64,000 nt of DNA from NCBI RefSeq assembly GCF_964355755.1, contig NC_092676.1:19920871-19984870 (forward strand). The letters run 5' to 3'. The position numbers were made by a program, and so were the translations under genes. Shown here piece by piece: positions 24,392 to 36,295 of this stretch (position 1 is its first letter; each line of letters starts with the position of its first letter). The notes beneath the pieces were generated by a model. It saw nothing but the letters and a program-made list of their open reading frames with translations, was not told where the DNA came from and ran no database searches. Source of the stretch: Antedon mediterranea (taxonomy: Eukaryota; Animalia; Echinodermata).

Positions 24392-27300
24392 CTAAAAACA
24401 AGAAACAAGTCCATCCATTGTTATTAATTTAAAAAAATAGTATTTTATCATCTAATCAAACTAAAACAATAGGCCTAATATAAAATATTTATTTATATCT
24501 ATTTTCAAAATTGGTAAATTGTTTCTTTTTTAGACAAAGAATAAAAAGAAAAGTCTGACTTACTAACGTGGGGATATTTTGTAGAATAATTTGGGTGAAA
24601 TTAAATGTATTTAAAAGAATTTTGCTTTATTTTGATATTGCGTTTAAGCTCTGTCTACACTATCAAACTAGTTTGACAAAATAAAGTATGATGTCTCCAA
24701 ATATGGTAGTGATATGCCCAAATATGGTAGTGATATGCCCAAATATATGGTAGTGATATGCCCAAATATGGTAGTGATATGCCCAAATATATGGTAGTGA
24801 TATGCCCAAATATGGTAGTGATATGTCACAATGACATTGAATTTAATGTATTTCATTGATTTTCATTGGTTGTTAGTCATATAGTTTTAGTAATCTATTT
24901 TACATCAACATAGCCTTGTAGTACAGCACCGATGGTTTTAATAATAAGCAATCGCGTTTAGAAAAAGAAAGTTATATTGCTATATAATTATTGTTTATTG
25001 TTGTCTATTGTCATGGTAACTCACCTATCTTGTCTCATTTGACAGACAATGCCTAGTACATCCACCATCTGTTCTTCTTGTAATTGTTTCATGCCTATAC
25101 TGATGGCAATGTAACATCCTGTTCTACCAAGACCAGCACTACATCAAATATATTTATATTTCAATTTAAATAAAAATAAATGCAAACTTTAAATGTTTTC
25201 AATCCATGTATCCTCATAATCTTAGGGGGTGTGGTGCAGTATTGGATGTCGGATTACTGATCGCGAGATCTTGGATTCAAATCCAACTCTCGCTGCATTG
25301 CTTGTATCCTTAGGCCCCAAGACACTTTACTTACATTTTCCACTCTTCACCCAGGTGTATAAAATGGGTACCGGATCAAGAAACAACTTTGTGCTGATTA
25401 CTAGCTGCATTATGTTTAGAAAGTGTTTGATCCAAAAAATGACAGGAGTAATAATATGCAGCGCATTGAGAGCTTGCTTATATGCGCTATATAAGAATGA
25501 ACTATTACTTCAGGGTGTAATGTTGATTTCTTTTTAGTATAATATGCTATAAATGTAAAAAATTCCCTCAAGATTAACTGGAAACTGAGGGTAATCTGAT
25601 AAAAACAGTGTTTAAAATAGTGGTATTGCCATATATACACATTTTCCATTTAGATAAAAATGAAACAAACATTCTGTAAGAAAATATACACCACATACCA
25701 TACTAACAAAAACAAATAACCCACCTGCAGTGAACTATGATTGGTCCCTTTGGTAGAGCTGGGTCGTTACGACTCAACTCAACTTCACGTATCATCTCTA
25801 GTAATGTTATTGGATTATCTGGTGCTTTGTTGTCTGGCCAATGTGTATACCAGTAATGCATTAGTGTCCGCACTTCATTCATAAACTAAACAACAACAAA
25901 AAAACACAAAAAATTGATGGCGTCTGCGGGGTATTTTATCTAAACACATGTACAAACACTAGTATTTTTTTATTCTATAACTAATCAACATGATGTAAAG
26001 GCCAGGGGAAATAAATAATATGGTTCTCGTCAGTACTTCTAAATATTTTGGTGCATGCAAAATAACGTTGACAGGTTATAAGTGCAGCCTAGCTAGTCCA
26101 TGGCAGAAATATATATTTCTTCTATAACTAGTCCCAGACTCTATCTACACTTCTTATACATATACAAAATAGAATGTTTCCAGATATTTATTTTTCACTG
26201 ACAATCTTGGTATTTTTTCTTGAACAGGTGAGCTTTTTTATGCAGGCTGATGAGAACCACATATCCTATTTTACATGGCCTAAAATATGCCTTTAGAAAG
26301 ACCACTCGTAATTGAAGAAAAACACCTCATTTTTACATTGACTGCATTCCTGCTCAATTTTTGCTCCAAAATAACGGTTTAAATCAGTGGGTCCAATAGT
26401 CCTGGTGGTTAATTCAAACGTTACTGCGGTGTATTTGACTCAAGGTCAGCAGCTGTCAATCAAATAACCGTTTATTTGTGTTGCTGCTAAAAGTTGCACA
26501 GAAATAACCGGTTAAACACTGAATTTAATGGGTCTTTTTAACCGTTATTTTTGCGCTGCCATTTAACTGGTTACTAAAAAATTGTCCTGTTTCTGTTTGC
26601 AAGAAATTTGGGTTAATTTATTCTCACTGTTTTTAACTGGTTATTTTTATGCAGAAGAAACAGGACCTATGGCTTGTGTAAATCAAATTCATCTATGTGT
26701 ATACACGATTGCAAGTTTGAGCATCAGCTGAAATGTGGAAATTTACCTTGTCATCTTTACCGTCTCACATTATCTATATGTTATATTTTATTGGATGCAA
26801 TATTAATATCTCTATATTGTGTGGGTGTTAATATTCTTACTCTTCTCTACAAACTCCTTTCCTTATTCTCATCAAATGAATCAAATATTCTTTAGTAAAG
26901 TAAGTTTTTTCAAGTTACGTTTAGATACTAAAAGCATATGTGTATGAGAGACGTAGTAGACGTGATATGACAGCAATGCGTGGGTAGTGTATGTATGTTT
27001 AACGATGAACGACTGAAATAATGACATCATTAAAGGTCACCATTACTTATAATAATGACATCACTAAAGGTCACCATTACATATGACATCACTAAAGGTC
27101 ATTATCATTATATAACACCAGTACAAATTGGCTCAACATACTTTTAACTATGCCTACTTAGAGCAAAATTTATAGAAATCATGTCAACTAATTCTTTAAA
27201 TCTTTTCTGTCCTATTTCTATTTTTATCTTCATACTTTTAGGCAGACGATTTTCAAACATGAACATCCAAAAAATAAAAGAATAAATTCAAATCTCCAGT

Positions 27301-30300
27301 TCCTATCCGGTACATCTATATTTCATGACCTCTTTTAAATTGAGCATTTATTTTCATTTAATTTATTCAACATTTAAAGACAACTTCACAAACAGCCACC
27401 CAATAGAACATAACTCACCTTCAGATGAAAAATTCTTAGAATATAATCATTTTTCCGAACAGTATCTTGTACAGTGACTTCAATACCCTCATAAACACCT
27501 CTCTTTTGAGGCCAATACATCTCACATTTACTCTGTAAACAAATATATAAGAAATTACAGTAGACCTTTAGGATCTAAACAAAGTGTCCACTTAATAGAG
27601 GCCTTAGAATTATAACATTATTGCTCTATGTTCTTGTTACCAATAGAGGTGTCTTGAATGAGAGGTTCTATTTGGTATGTAAATTCAAGAATAAACAACT
27701 TTGTTTCATTGTTATTTGGTAAAATGCATAAAAATAGCATGATAAAATAGAGAATAGGTTAAAACTTCTTGATCGATCTTGAATGTTATTTTTTCCTATC
27801 TATCTTTTAGGAATTGATATGCAGTTCACACAATCTAATAATTTAGAGTAATTTAATAGTATTCCTAGGACAATACTGTGATACATTAAGTCGACAATGG
27901 AGACGTGATACGACACGCAATTCGATGAATTGCCTTCAAGGCATCTCATCTATTCATAGTAATCAATTTACCCTTTCTCGTTCCTTGAGTTTGGTTACCA
28001 TGACAACAGTTGGCGCAGTAGTATGCCAGACAAGTCTCCAGAAGTCATCAACGGTGTGAGTCATCGCGCCTTGTGTCGCAATGAATTCATTGTCTTCTGC
28101 TTCAAAACCCTGAATAAATTTAATGAATCAAAATTGTTGCATTAAAATATGAAATTTTAAGCCTATCCGTAGACATACTATACAAGACACTTCTTTTAAA
28201 GCACATTAAACAAACATAAAAATGGTATCGAGAGCAAATGACTTACCCTGACAAAGTTTGCATTAATGTAGTCAGATAGAGGGTCACCTGGAATGGGGGG
28301 TAGAGAGACCATCGTCTCTGGGTTTGGCAATATTGTCCTATATCGATTTTTAGCTGCCGATCCTGGCACTTCTATACTTTCTGGATGATTCATTGGTATA
28401 TTCTAATTTAGAAAAAAAAAAGAGTTTTAAACTACAAAGTCCTTTATACCTTTGTGGAAAATGTGCAGATTTTGTATTGTTTCGTGGGACCCTTTAATAC
28501 TGTAAGGTGGTGTATATACAGGTTGTATAATTTAAGTACAGTATAAAGCTCTGTCTACACTATCAAACTAGTTTGACAAAAAAAGTGTGATGTGCCCAAA
28601 TATGGTAGTGATATACCCAAATATGGTAGTGATATGACATCATCATGTCTATATATGGGCACATCACAATTTTTTTGTCAAATAAAGTTTGATAGTATAG
28701 ACAGCGTGAATGGTTATGCGCTGGAATATTGGTTCATTTCTTGTATGTCTAGTGAGAGAAGCTTATGCGTCATTAGAACACCAACACCTGACTGTTTAAT
28801 ACTTACCCAGAATTCTTCATGCAATGCTCTTATATTTTTCAAAGATTGCCTAAGTTGTTTTCGATTCATCCTATTGCCTGCTGATTGTAAATACTCTGCA
28901 CCAGCACTGAAATATGCATCAAATGCAATGTTGTATTGATGAAAACATATTATGTTTATATAAAAATGTTAGGTGCAACATTCATAATTTTACAAACTGG
29001 TTTATGAATTGATCATTCACAGTGTATCACAGTATTCCATTTGTATTGTGAATACCATAACCATGTCAGCATCATGGTTGTCTACAGTATGGTAATCTAC
29101 AGTATGGTTGTCTACAGTATGGTTATCTACAGTATGGTTATCTACAGTATGGTTATCTACAGTATGGTTGTCTGCGTCGGTGTGGTTGTCTACGTCGGTG
29201 TGGTTGTCTACGTCGGTGTGGTTGTCTACGTCGGTGTGGTTGTCTACGTCGGTGTGGGTGTCTACGTCGGTGTGGTTGTCTACGTCGGTGTGGTTGTCTA
29301 CGTCGGTGTGGTTGTCTACGTCGATGTGGTTGTCTACGTCGGTGTGGTTGTCTGGGTCGGTGTGGTTGTCTGGGTCGGTGTGGTTGTCTGGGTCGGTGTG
29401 GTTGTCTGGGTCGGTGTGGTTGTCTGGGTCGGTGTGGTTGTCTACGTCGGTGTGGTTGTCTACGTCGGTGTGGTTGTCTACGTCGGTGTGGTTGTCTACG
29501 TCGGTGTGGTTGTCTACGTCGGTGTGGTTGTCTACGTCGGTGTGGTTGTCTACGTCGGTGTGGTTGTCTACGTCGGTGTGGTTGTCTACGTCGGTGTGGT
29601 TGTCTACGTCGGTGTGGTTGTCTACGTCGGTGTGGTTGTCTACGTCGGTGTGGTTGTCTACGTCGGTGTGGTTGTCTACGTCGGTGTGGTTGTCTACGTC
29701 GGTGTGGTTGTCTACGTCGGTGTGGTTGTCTACGTCGGTATGTTTGTCTACGTCGGTATGTTTGTCTACGTCGGTATGTTTGTCTACTTTGTTCGGTATG
29801 GTTGTTTATCTATGAAGCTCATGAATTCTTTTTAATATCTTACAATAAATGCATGATAAAAAACATTTTAACGTGATAATGCATGATAAAAAACATTTTA
29901 ACGTGATAATTCATTTTAAAACACAGAGTTTTTAAAGGCCTGATAGAAATAAACATATGACAGTTGTAATGATGTCTATTATTATTCATAAATTTCAGAT
30001 AATATGGTTATTATTACAGTACAATTAGCCACTAGAGAAATGCAACAACATTACCATCAACACCATAAAAGTACACATCACATTTACATCACAAAATCAA
30101 TACACAGGAAAATATAAGACAGGTCTTAATATGAATATCTTTTTGAAATTAAACCACTAAATAAAAATTGCAATATAAATGCAAATAAATCATAAAAGTA
30201 GACTAAAATAAAACCTTGACATTTTTTTCTTATGAAATTATTACAGACAAAAAAAACCCCACAGTATTCCATGTTTAGTTGATGAAGGAAGTGGAAGAGT

Positions 30301-32165
30301 GATATGGTTTGATATATAAAAGGTTTCAAAATGTTGTCAACATGTTTGTAATGTCTTTAGAATAGGTTATGTCATCCATTGCTGTATGCAAGCATTTTCC
30401 ATTTACGCTTCTCTGAAGGATATGGATCAGTTTAAAGTTCTTAGGCTCTGTCTACACTATCAAACTAGTTTGACAAAAATAATGTGATGTGTCCAAATAT
30501 GGTAGTGATATGTCTAAATATGGTAGTGGTATGACAACATGTCCATATATGGGCACATCACATTTTTTTTGTCACAAAGTTTGATAATGTAGACAGAGCT
30601 TGAGATATCTCTTGATGTCATCTCTCATTTTGTATTCATCAGCCGTCTTCTACCAGTTCTTGGTTGCCATGAATCTTTTTGTTCATATATTGTTAATTAT
30701 TCCTTCTGTGTCCTACCCATCTCTAAAAGGTCTGTAAATTTTCCCTAATATTGTATTTTGTCTTTTAGTGCGAGTATAGCGTTCGTCTTTCCATTGCTCG
30801 TTTGTGACACTATTTAATGAGATACAAGCAACAGGTGTACTTCATTTCCTTCTGAATGTTTTGTAAACAATTTCATTAACAATTTGAATGGGTAAGCAGT
30901 ACTACTAATATTACAGGGTGGTGTAACGCCTGGGGCGGATTGCTATAAGCGGTCTATAACCGGTCTTAGCGCTTAGCCGGCTATAATTCGTGACGTAGCA
31001 AGTAGTCTTACATTATAGACCATTGCTATACCGCGGTCTAACCTGCAAACGGTCTTTAAAATTAAAGCCTACTCGAAGGAGTCTTAAAACAGTCTTAAAC
31101 CTCTCTTTTTGTTGCTTTTACGTATTATTTATTGTCAAAGACAACCAATAGAACGAGTTTTAAGTGTTAAATCAAATAATAACGGTGATTTTATTCTTAT
31201 ATAGCCTTAGAATAGATTTTCTTGCGTAGAAATGTACGTACTGTTATGATTGTGAATTGAACAAGCGTGACGAACATTACCTTATTTGGTATTCTACGCG
31301 CAAAGTACGCCCTCAATTTGTTACTTTACGCGGTCTTATCTAAGACTGTTTTATAGCAATGGTCTAACAGGGGTGGCTTTAGTAAGACCGTCTATCAGAT
31401 AAAGCCGGCTTTAATCGGGGAGTTAAGACCATTAGTTAAGACTGTTTTATAGCAATCCCCTGGAATATATATCCTGTTCTTAGTGTACGTACCACATTAT
31501 AGTTGTAAAATGTTATATAATTTTAATATACAAACCTTTCTCTTGGTGGAGTCACAGCAAATGTTCGGGTTCCAGATGGAACGACAACATCTATTGTTAA
31601 CGATGTTGTTGATGAAGTGTCTGACCGTCTTCTAAAAGAAAGAAAATAATCAATCTTTTTGGCAATTCCTTCTAAATTTCTATCTAAATTTTGTTTCTCT
31701 TATTTTTTTTTAATAGATTAAAAAGGGCAACAAAAAGGCAACAACATTTTGTATGTAACAGAAGCTCATTAAGACTATTTTATTTTGTTCTATTTATATA
31801 TAGATACTGCACACTACACTATCAAACTAGTTTGAAAAAAAGTGTGATGTGCCCAAATATGGTAGTGATATATGACATCATTGTGTTCATGGGCAAATCA
31901 CATTTTTTTTTGTCACATAAAGTTTGATAATATAGACAGACCTTTAGAAAAACATGATTAATAGGAATATATAGTCTTACCTTTCTTGTAATTTTTTTAT
32001 TTTTATAGGGTCACTTTTGGCAACTGCATCGTATGTATAAGCTTGTTGAGGGGGTTGAACCGGAGCACCACTGTGGGTGTGTGGTTTAATTTGGGGCATA
32101 CATATCCTCTGCTCTTCATCTTTAGGGTGTTTGGCACGCCAGAATTTGCATAAGCAATACACCAA
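24301..32165 (-). CDS. PTPRR: KIM-family protein tyrosine phosphatase (PTPRR/PTPN5/PTPN7-like), 9 exons, 5' end unresolved
   Basis: Minus-strand exons 32165-31981, 31631-31536, 28906-28807, 28402-28247, 28109-27972, 27532-27419, 25885-25725, 25138-25025 and 24391-24301 join in frame. Motifs: LQERR..SLTID (KIM), TPPRE..EYLQSA, KNRYRTILP, DYINANF, IATQG, DFWRLVW, KCEMYWP, WPD, VHCSAGLGRTG, QDRGGMIQTNEQY. Confidence 0.94.
24647..24830. mobile_element. AGCTCTGTCTACAC-family MITE with internal 21-23-bp tandem expansion
   Basis: Left TIR plus about 6 copies of CCCAAATATGGTAGTGATATG. Confidence 0.7.
25025..25138 (-). CDS. PTPRR: KIM-PTP exon (AGLGRTGCYIAI...QMRQD)
   Basis: P-loop second half. Confidence 0.94.
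25225..25510 (+). mobile_element. tRNA-headed CORE-like SINE with L2-type tail
   Basis: A/B boxes; core TCCTT..CAAGACACTTTAC..CACCCAGGTGTATAAAATGGGTACC; tail GCGCTATATAAG. A 5'-truncated copy lies at 40680-40893. Confidence 0.7.
25725..25885 (-). CDS. PTPRR: KIM-PTP exon (HYWYTHWPDNKAP...PIIVHC)
   Basis: WPD loop and catalytic Cys. Confidence 0.94.
27419..27532 (-). CDS. PTPRR: KIM-PTP exon (SKCEMYWP...FHLK)
   Basis: PTP motif 7. Confidence 0.93.
27972..28109 (-). CDS. PTPRR: KIM-PTP exon (GFEAEDNEFIATQGAM...VMVTKLKERER)
   Basis: PTP motifs 4-6. Confidence 0.93.
28247..28402 (-). CDS. PTPRR: KIM-PTP exon (NIPMN...KNRYRTILP...DYINANFVR)
   Basis: PTP motifs 1 and 3. Confidence 0.93.
28547..28705. 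mobile_element. AGCTCTGTCTACAC-family MITE
   Basis: Both TIRs present. Confidence 0.78.
28807..28906 (-). CDS. PTPRR: KIM-PTP exon (AGAEYLQSAGNRMNRKQL...EEFW)
   Basis: AG/GT flanks. Confidence 0.9.
29072..29812. repeat. 15/18-bp minisatellite (GTCGGTGTGGTTGTCTAC)n, about 40 copies, in PTP intron
   Basis: Tandem periodicity with blocks of variant units. Confidence 0.95.
30444..30600. mobile_element. AGCTCTGTCTACAC-family MITE
   Basis: Both TIRs; TTA/TGA flanks. Confidence 0.78.
30933..31459. mobile_element. TIR MITE (Harbinger-like, CTG duplication)
   Basis: GGATTGCTATAA / TTATAGCAATCC termini; internal GGTCTTA/TAAGAC repeats. Confidence 0.7.
31536..31631 (-). CDS. PTPRR: KIM-PTP exon (RRSDTSSTTSLTIDV...TPPRE)
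   Basis: 96 nt, phase 2-2. Confidence 0.88.
31803..31943. mobile_element. AGCTCTGTCTACAC-family MITE (degenerate)
   Basis: Family-specific internal sequence. Confidence 0.7.
31981..32165 (-). CDS. PTPRR: KIM-PTP exon (LVYCLCKFWR...KKLQE)
   Basis: Acceptor tttttctag, donor gtaaga. Confidence 0.85.
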
Positions 32166-32664
32166 CTAGAAAAATTAAAACGCCAACAATTATGGTTATT
32201 TCAAACATTGATGAATAAATAAAATTTATAGATTTAATCCACTATCTAGAAGTTGAATTTGCAAATCAAATGATGTTGATTTTGAAACCGTATCCAAAGG
32301 CAAGATCATTAAATGCCTCATACATCAATATCAGCCTCTTGTTTCTGTATCACAACAGTGTAATTGTATAGTAAAATTGCGAAGGAAATTTACTCTCAAT
32401 GTATACATAATATTTTAATTAATTTAAATCAACGAATTCTTAGAATAGGTTGTCTAATTTAGTTGTTTTGTGTGGGTTTTTTTTTGTGGTGGGCTTTTTG
32501 ATAATACATTTAATAAAGATAAGTAATAAACAGTGCAATGTTCGCAAGATAATAAATAGTAAAGTTACTAACATCTTGATGCGGTAGGCTATCGTACTTT
32601 TATCTATTTGTCACCTAGTTCTTTCTATTTGCGACGACCGACGACCAAACTATGTCACAATAAT

Positions 32665-33018
32665 TATACGGCTTTTCCATGTTGAAACACCGTTTCTCGT
32701 CAGATCACCAAAGTTAAGCAATGTTAGGCTTGGATGGGAGACCATCTGGGAATATCAGGTGCTGTATATGGAGCTGGGGTCCCGTTAGGCATTTGAAATC
32801 AGCATTGCTGACTCTTATGGCAGCCCCTGCATCTAGTATTTGCCTCAGATGTATTGGCCCATGCCTTTCCTCTGGTAAAGGTGGGCACTGGACGAGAGAA
32901 GCCCTTGATCAATGTTAGGACCAATCAAGGTGCTTTAAACTGGTTTTGTTTGTATCAAACCTGTTTGTGGTGGTAATTATCGCTGTTGGTTTCGATTGAA
33001 TAAAATAATATAAAAAAA
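32665..33018 (+). mobile_element. 5S rRNA-derived SINE (SINE3-type)
   Basis: Head TACGGC..TCTCGTCAGATCACC..AAGTTAAGCA..CTTGGATGGGAGACC..CTGGGAATA.CAGGTGCTGTA is a decayed 5S sequence, followed by a ~230-bp body and A-rich tail. Confidence 0.8.
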
Positions 33019-33651
33019 TTAAATTGTGGGCATGCGTGAATATTGAGACACATGTCCTCGCTCTTCACCTCGATACAGGTTTGATGGTTTCTAGGTCCAG
33101 ACGACAGCAGACAACACATCGATTGACCTGAACTAGGTTGTTTGTCGGCCGTCGTAAATTACAAGATCCTAACTTTGTTCTAATAAATCTAAAATTGAAT
33201 ATTCAATGGAAAATGTGTAATTTTTAAAAATAATATTTAAAAAAGTTATATCAAAACAACAATAGTTTCCGAGAACCAAGGTATATGTTGAGCTAACAAA
33301 TTGTTACATTTAACAGTAATGCAAAAGGTCTGGCTAATTGATAAATGGTTATATAATAGTTAGTTACAATAACAATATGATTTATATAACTAAACACAAT
33401 TATTATAATATCTATCAAAATCAAGCAATTATTAAAATTTAAGAGTTACGGAATATTAAGCAAATCTATTACGAACCGGATTTTCATAATTAACCTTTTA
33501 ATATTTTATATAAATTGCCATCTGTAGGTGTTTTAGTGTAGTGCTTAAGGCAGATTTGTGTATCATTTATAAACACCATCATAGACAGGTTGTCTACTTA
33601 CTATATCAACTAAAGGAATAATAATATATCAAGTTAGATAGAGAAAGTAAT

Positions 33652-34590
33652 TATTCTGATGATTTTCTGAACCTTGGAAAAAATGTCACTCTTCTCAGAA
33701 GAGGATTCTGATAAACTACTGAACCAGTGAAGAAATTTCACTCTTCGCAGAAGAGGATTCTGATGAATAACTGAACTATAAATATATTAGTGAAGAAATA
33801 TCACTTTATTCTGAACAGGATTCAGATATTATCTGAATCTAGGAAGAAATTTCACTCATCTCAGAATACCATTCTGATGATATCTGAACCTAGGAAGAAA
33901 TTTCACTCATCTTAGTACAGGATTCTGATGAATCACTGAACTATAAATATATTAGTGAAGAAATCTCACTTTATTCTGAACAGGATTCAGATATTATCTG
34001 AACCTAGAAAGAAATTTCACTCATCTCAGAATAGCATTCTGATGATATCTGAACCTAGGAAGAAATTTCACTCATCTTAGTACAGGATTCTGATGAATCA
34101 CTGAACCAGTAAAGACATCTCACTTAATACTCAGAAGAGAATTCTAATGAATAATTGAACCAGTTAAAAGAAATCTCACATTTACTCAGGACATAATTCT
34201 GATGATGAATAACTGAACCAGTAAAGAAATCTCACTTTACTCAGGAGAGAATTTTAATGAATAACGGAACCAGTAAAGAAATCTCACTTTACTCAGGAGA
34301 AAATTCTGATGAATAACTGAACCAGTGAAGAAATCTCACTCATCTCAGAATAGAATTCTGATGAATCACTGAACCAGTAAAAAAATCTCACTTTACTCAG
34401 GACAGAATTCTGATAAATAACTGAACCAATAAAGAAATTTCACATTTACTCAGAACAGAATTCTGATGAATAACTGAACCAGTAAAGAAATTTCACATTT
34501 ACTCAGAACAGAATTCTGATGAATCATTAAACCAATGAAGAGATCTTACTCTTTTCAGGGCAGGATTCTGATAAATCATTGAACCAAAAT
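33652..34590. repeat. Degenerate ~55-bp minisatellite
   Basis: Recurrent ATTCTGATGAATAACTGAACCAGTAAAGAAATCTCACTTTACTCAG. Confidence 0.88.
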
Positions 34591-35977
34591 TTTAGACTGT
34601 TTCTTCCATACAATAAATTCTGTGTGTTTTTATTATTCTCTTTTGTTTTAAATGTATCCCCTATGACACTATCCGTTCCTCATTAGTCCAATTTTATCAG
34701 ATGCATTTCTTTTAATAAAAAATGTGTGTCACTGAATGCAAAAATTGTGACAAAATAATTTGTCATGTATGGCAATTTACAATTGTCATGATACTAATGA
34801 AACTACACGCCTATAAAAAAACATTGCATAACCTACATTTTTGTAAACCTTAATTATTCAAAGATACATATATTTAGAATGCTTGTTGACCTATTAACCT
34901 AAAATCATATAACACTATTTATGCAGCGTTTAATATGATAAAGTGGTTTTATAATGGCAATAATCACAAGCCAAGTGGTCAATATAAGTTCTGTACACTC
35001 GGCGGCACAACTGTATCAGAAACTGTGCAGGGAAATTGTTGACCCTTTAAATTCAAATGAACATTTATTTTCTTCTTTTAACATAATATAGTAAACATTA
35101 ATAAGTAAAAAATTAAGAATACATTTTAACTGACTGTGAAAGTAAAGAGCAATCAATTTTTAAAAGAAGGCAGATGCCCGAGAAGATAAAAATCTTGAAT
35201 TGGTCCAGCTTGAACAAACAATGAGCAGTATAATTAAATGGTCCAAAGAAACAAAAATACAGGACAAATAAGACACATCTTTCATCAAAGTAATAGGGGT
35301 GTCCTCTTAATATGGGTTGGTCCAAGTGTCACATTCATTTCACAGGTAAGCAGAGGGGGAGGGGGGGGGGGGTTTCTGCTGTATAGCCAAGGTGTAAATT
35401 ATATGCCTTATTAATCAATAAATATTTTAAAATGCAAATTTCTAGGCATACTGTAGGCCATTTACTGATATTAAAGTAGGTTTAGTAACTACATTTCATA
35501 ATTTAAATTACATTTTAATCGAAAAGTCAACGTTCATTATTATATATGCTACATATAAGTGACAAGAAAAAATACTTTTAAATAAATAAATAATTCTAAA
35601 TGCTAGTTCATGTATAAGATTATAGGATGCTTTAAATGTATTGCATTGAGGTCAAAGGTGAAGAACTATCTAAAAATGAAACATAATTTAAATGAACGAG
35701 TTTCATTAACCAAAAAAATGATAATGTATTAGAAAGCCTTAGTGATATTATGCGTTAAATTCAAATTGAAATTGTAAATCTCTGCATAATGTACAACATC
35801 AAATTTCATTAATAACATAATCTTAAAATCCATTAATGTGCAACATAATGTATATTTTCATGGAAAAATTATCAATATTTCATTCGCTTATAAAGAGCAG
35901 ACAAAATGTCACGACAATAATTAACATGAAACAAAAACTGGTACTGTACAACTCGATTAAATATACAGTATGACTTA

Positions 35978-36295
35978 CTACAATAGAACCCCTATTAAGG
36001 GACACCTTTGGGACCTAACAATGTGTCCCCTTATAATAGGGATATCTCTCGAATATGAAAAAAAAAATATATATTAACCTGTGTCGATTTAATTAGAAAA
36101 TGTCCCTTTAATAGAAGTGTCTCAACTTGAAATTTACTTACTACAGTAGAATCCCTATATCCAACAAAGTGTTCCCTAGATGTATCTCTTGAATATTGGT
36201 TGGTCGTAGTAAAAACAATATATATTGACCCTTGTTCATGTAATTAGAAAATGTCCCTTAAATAGGGGTTTCTCAAAAAACTGGGTATATTGTAC
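35978..36295. mobile_element. Degenerate Tc1/mariner-type MITE fragments (CAGTAGAACC/GGACACC family)
   Basis: TACA(G)TAGAACCCCTATTAAGGGACACC motifs; related relics near 9917, 22400, 27557 and 54740. Confidence 0.5.

Noticed and set aside
29041-29835. 264-aa and 235-aa ORFs (VGVVVY / STSVWL repeats)
   Set aside because: Translation of an 18-bp intronic minisatellite, antisense to the host gene.
32665-32770. Functional 5S rRNA gene
   Set aside because: Internal deletion, many substitutions and no T-run terminator; it continues into a SINE body.
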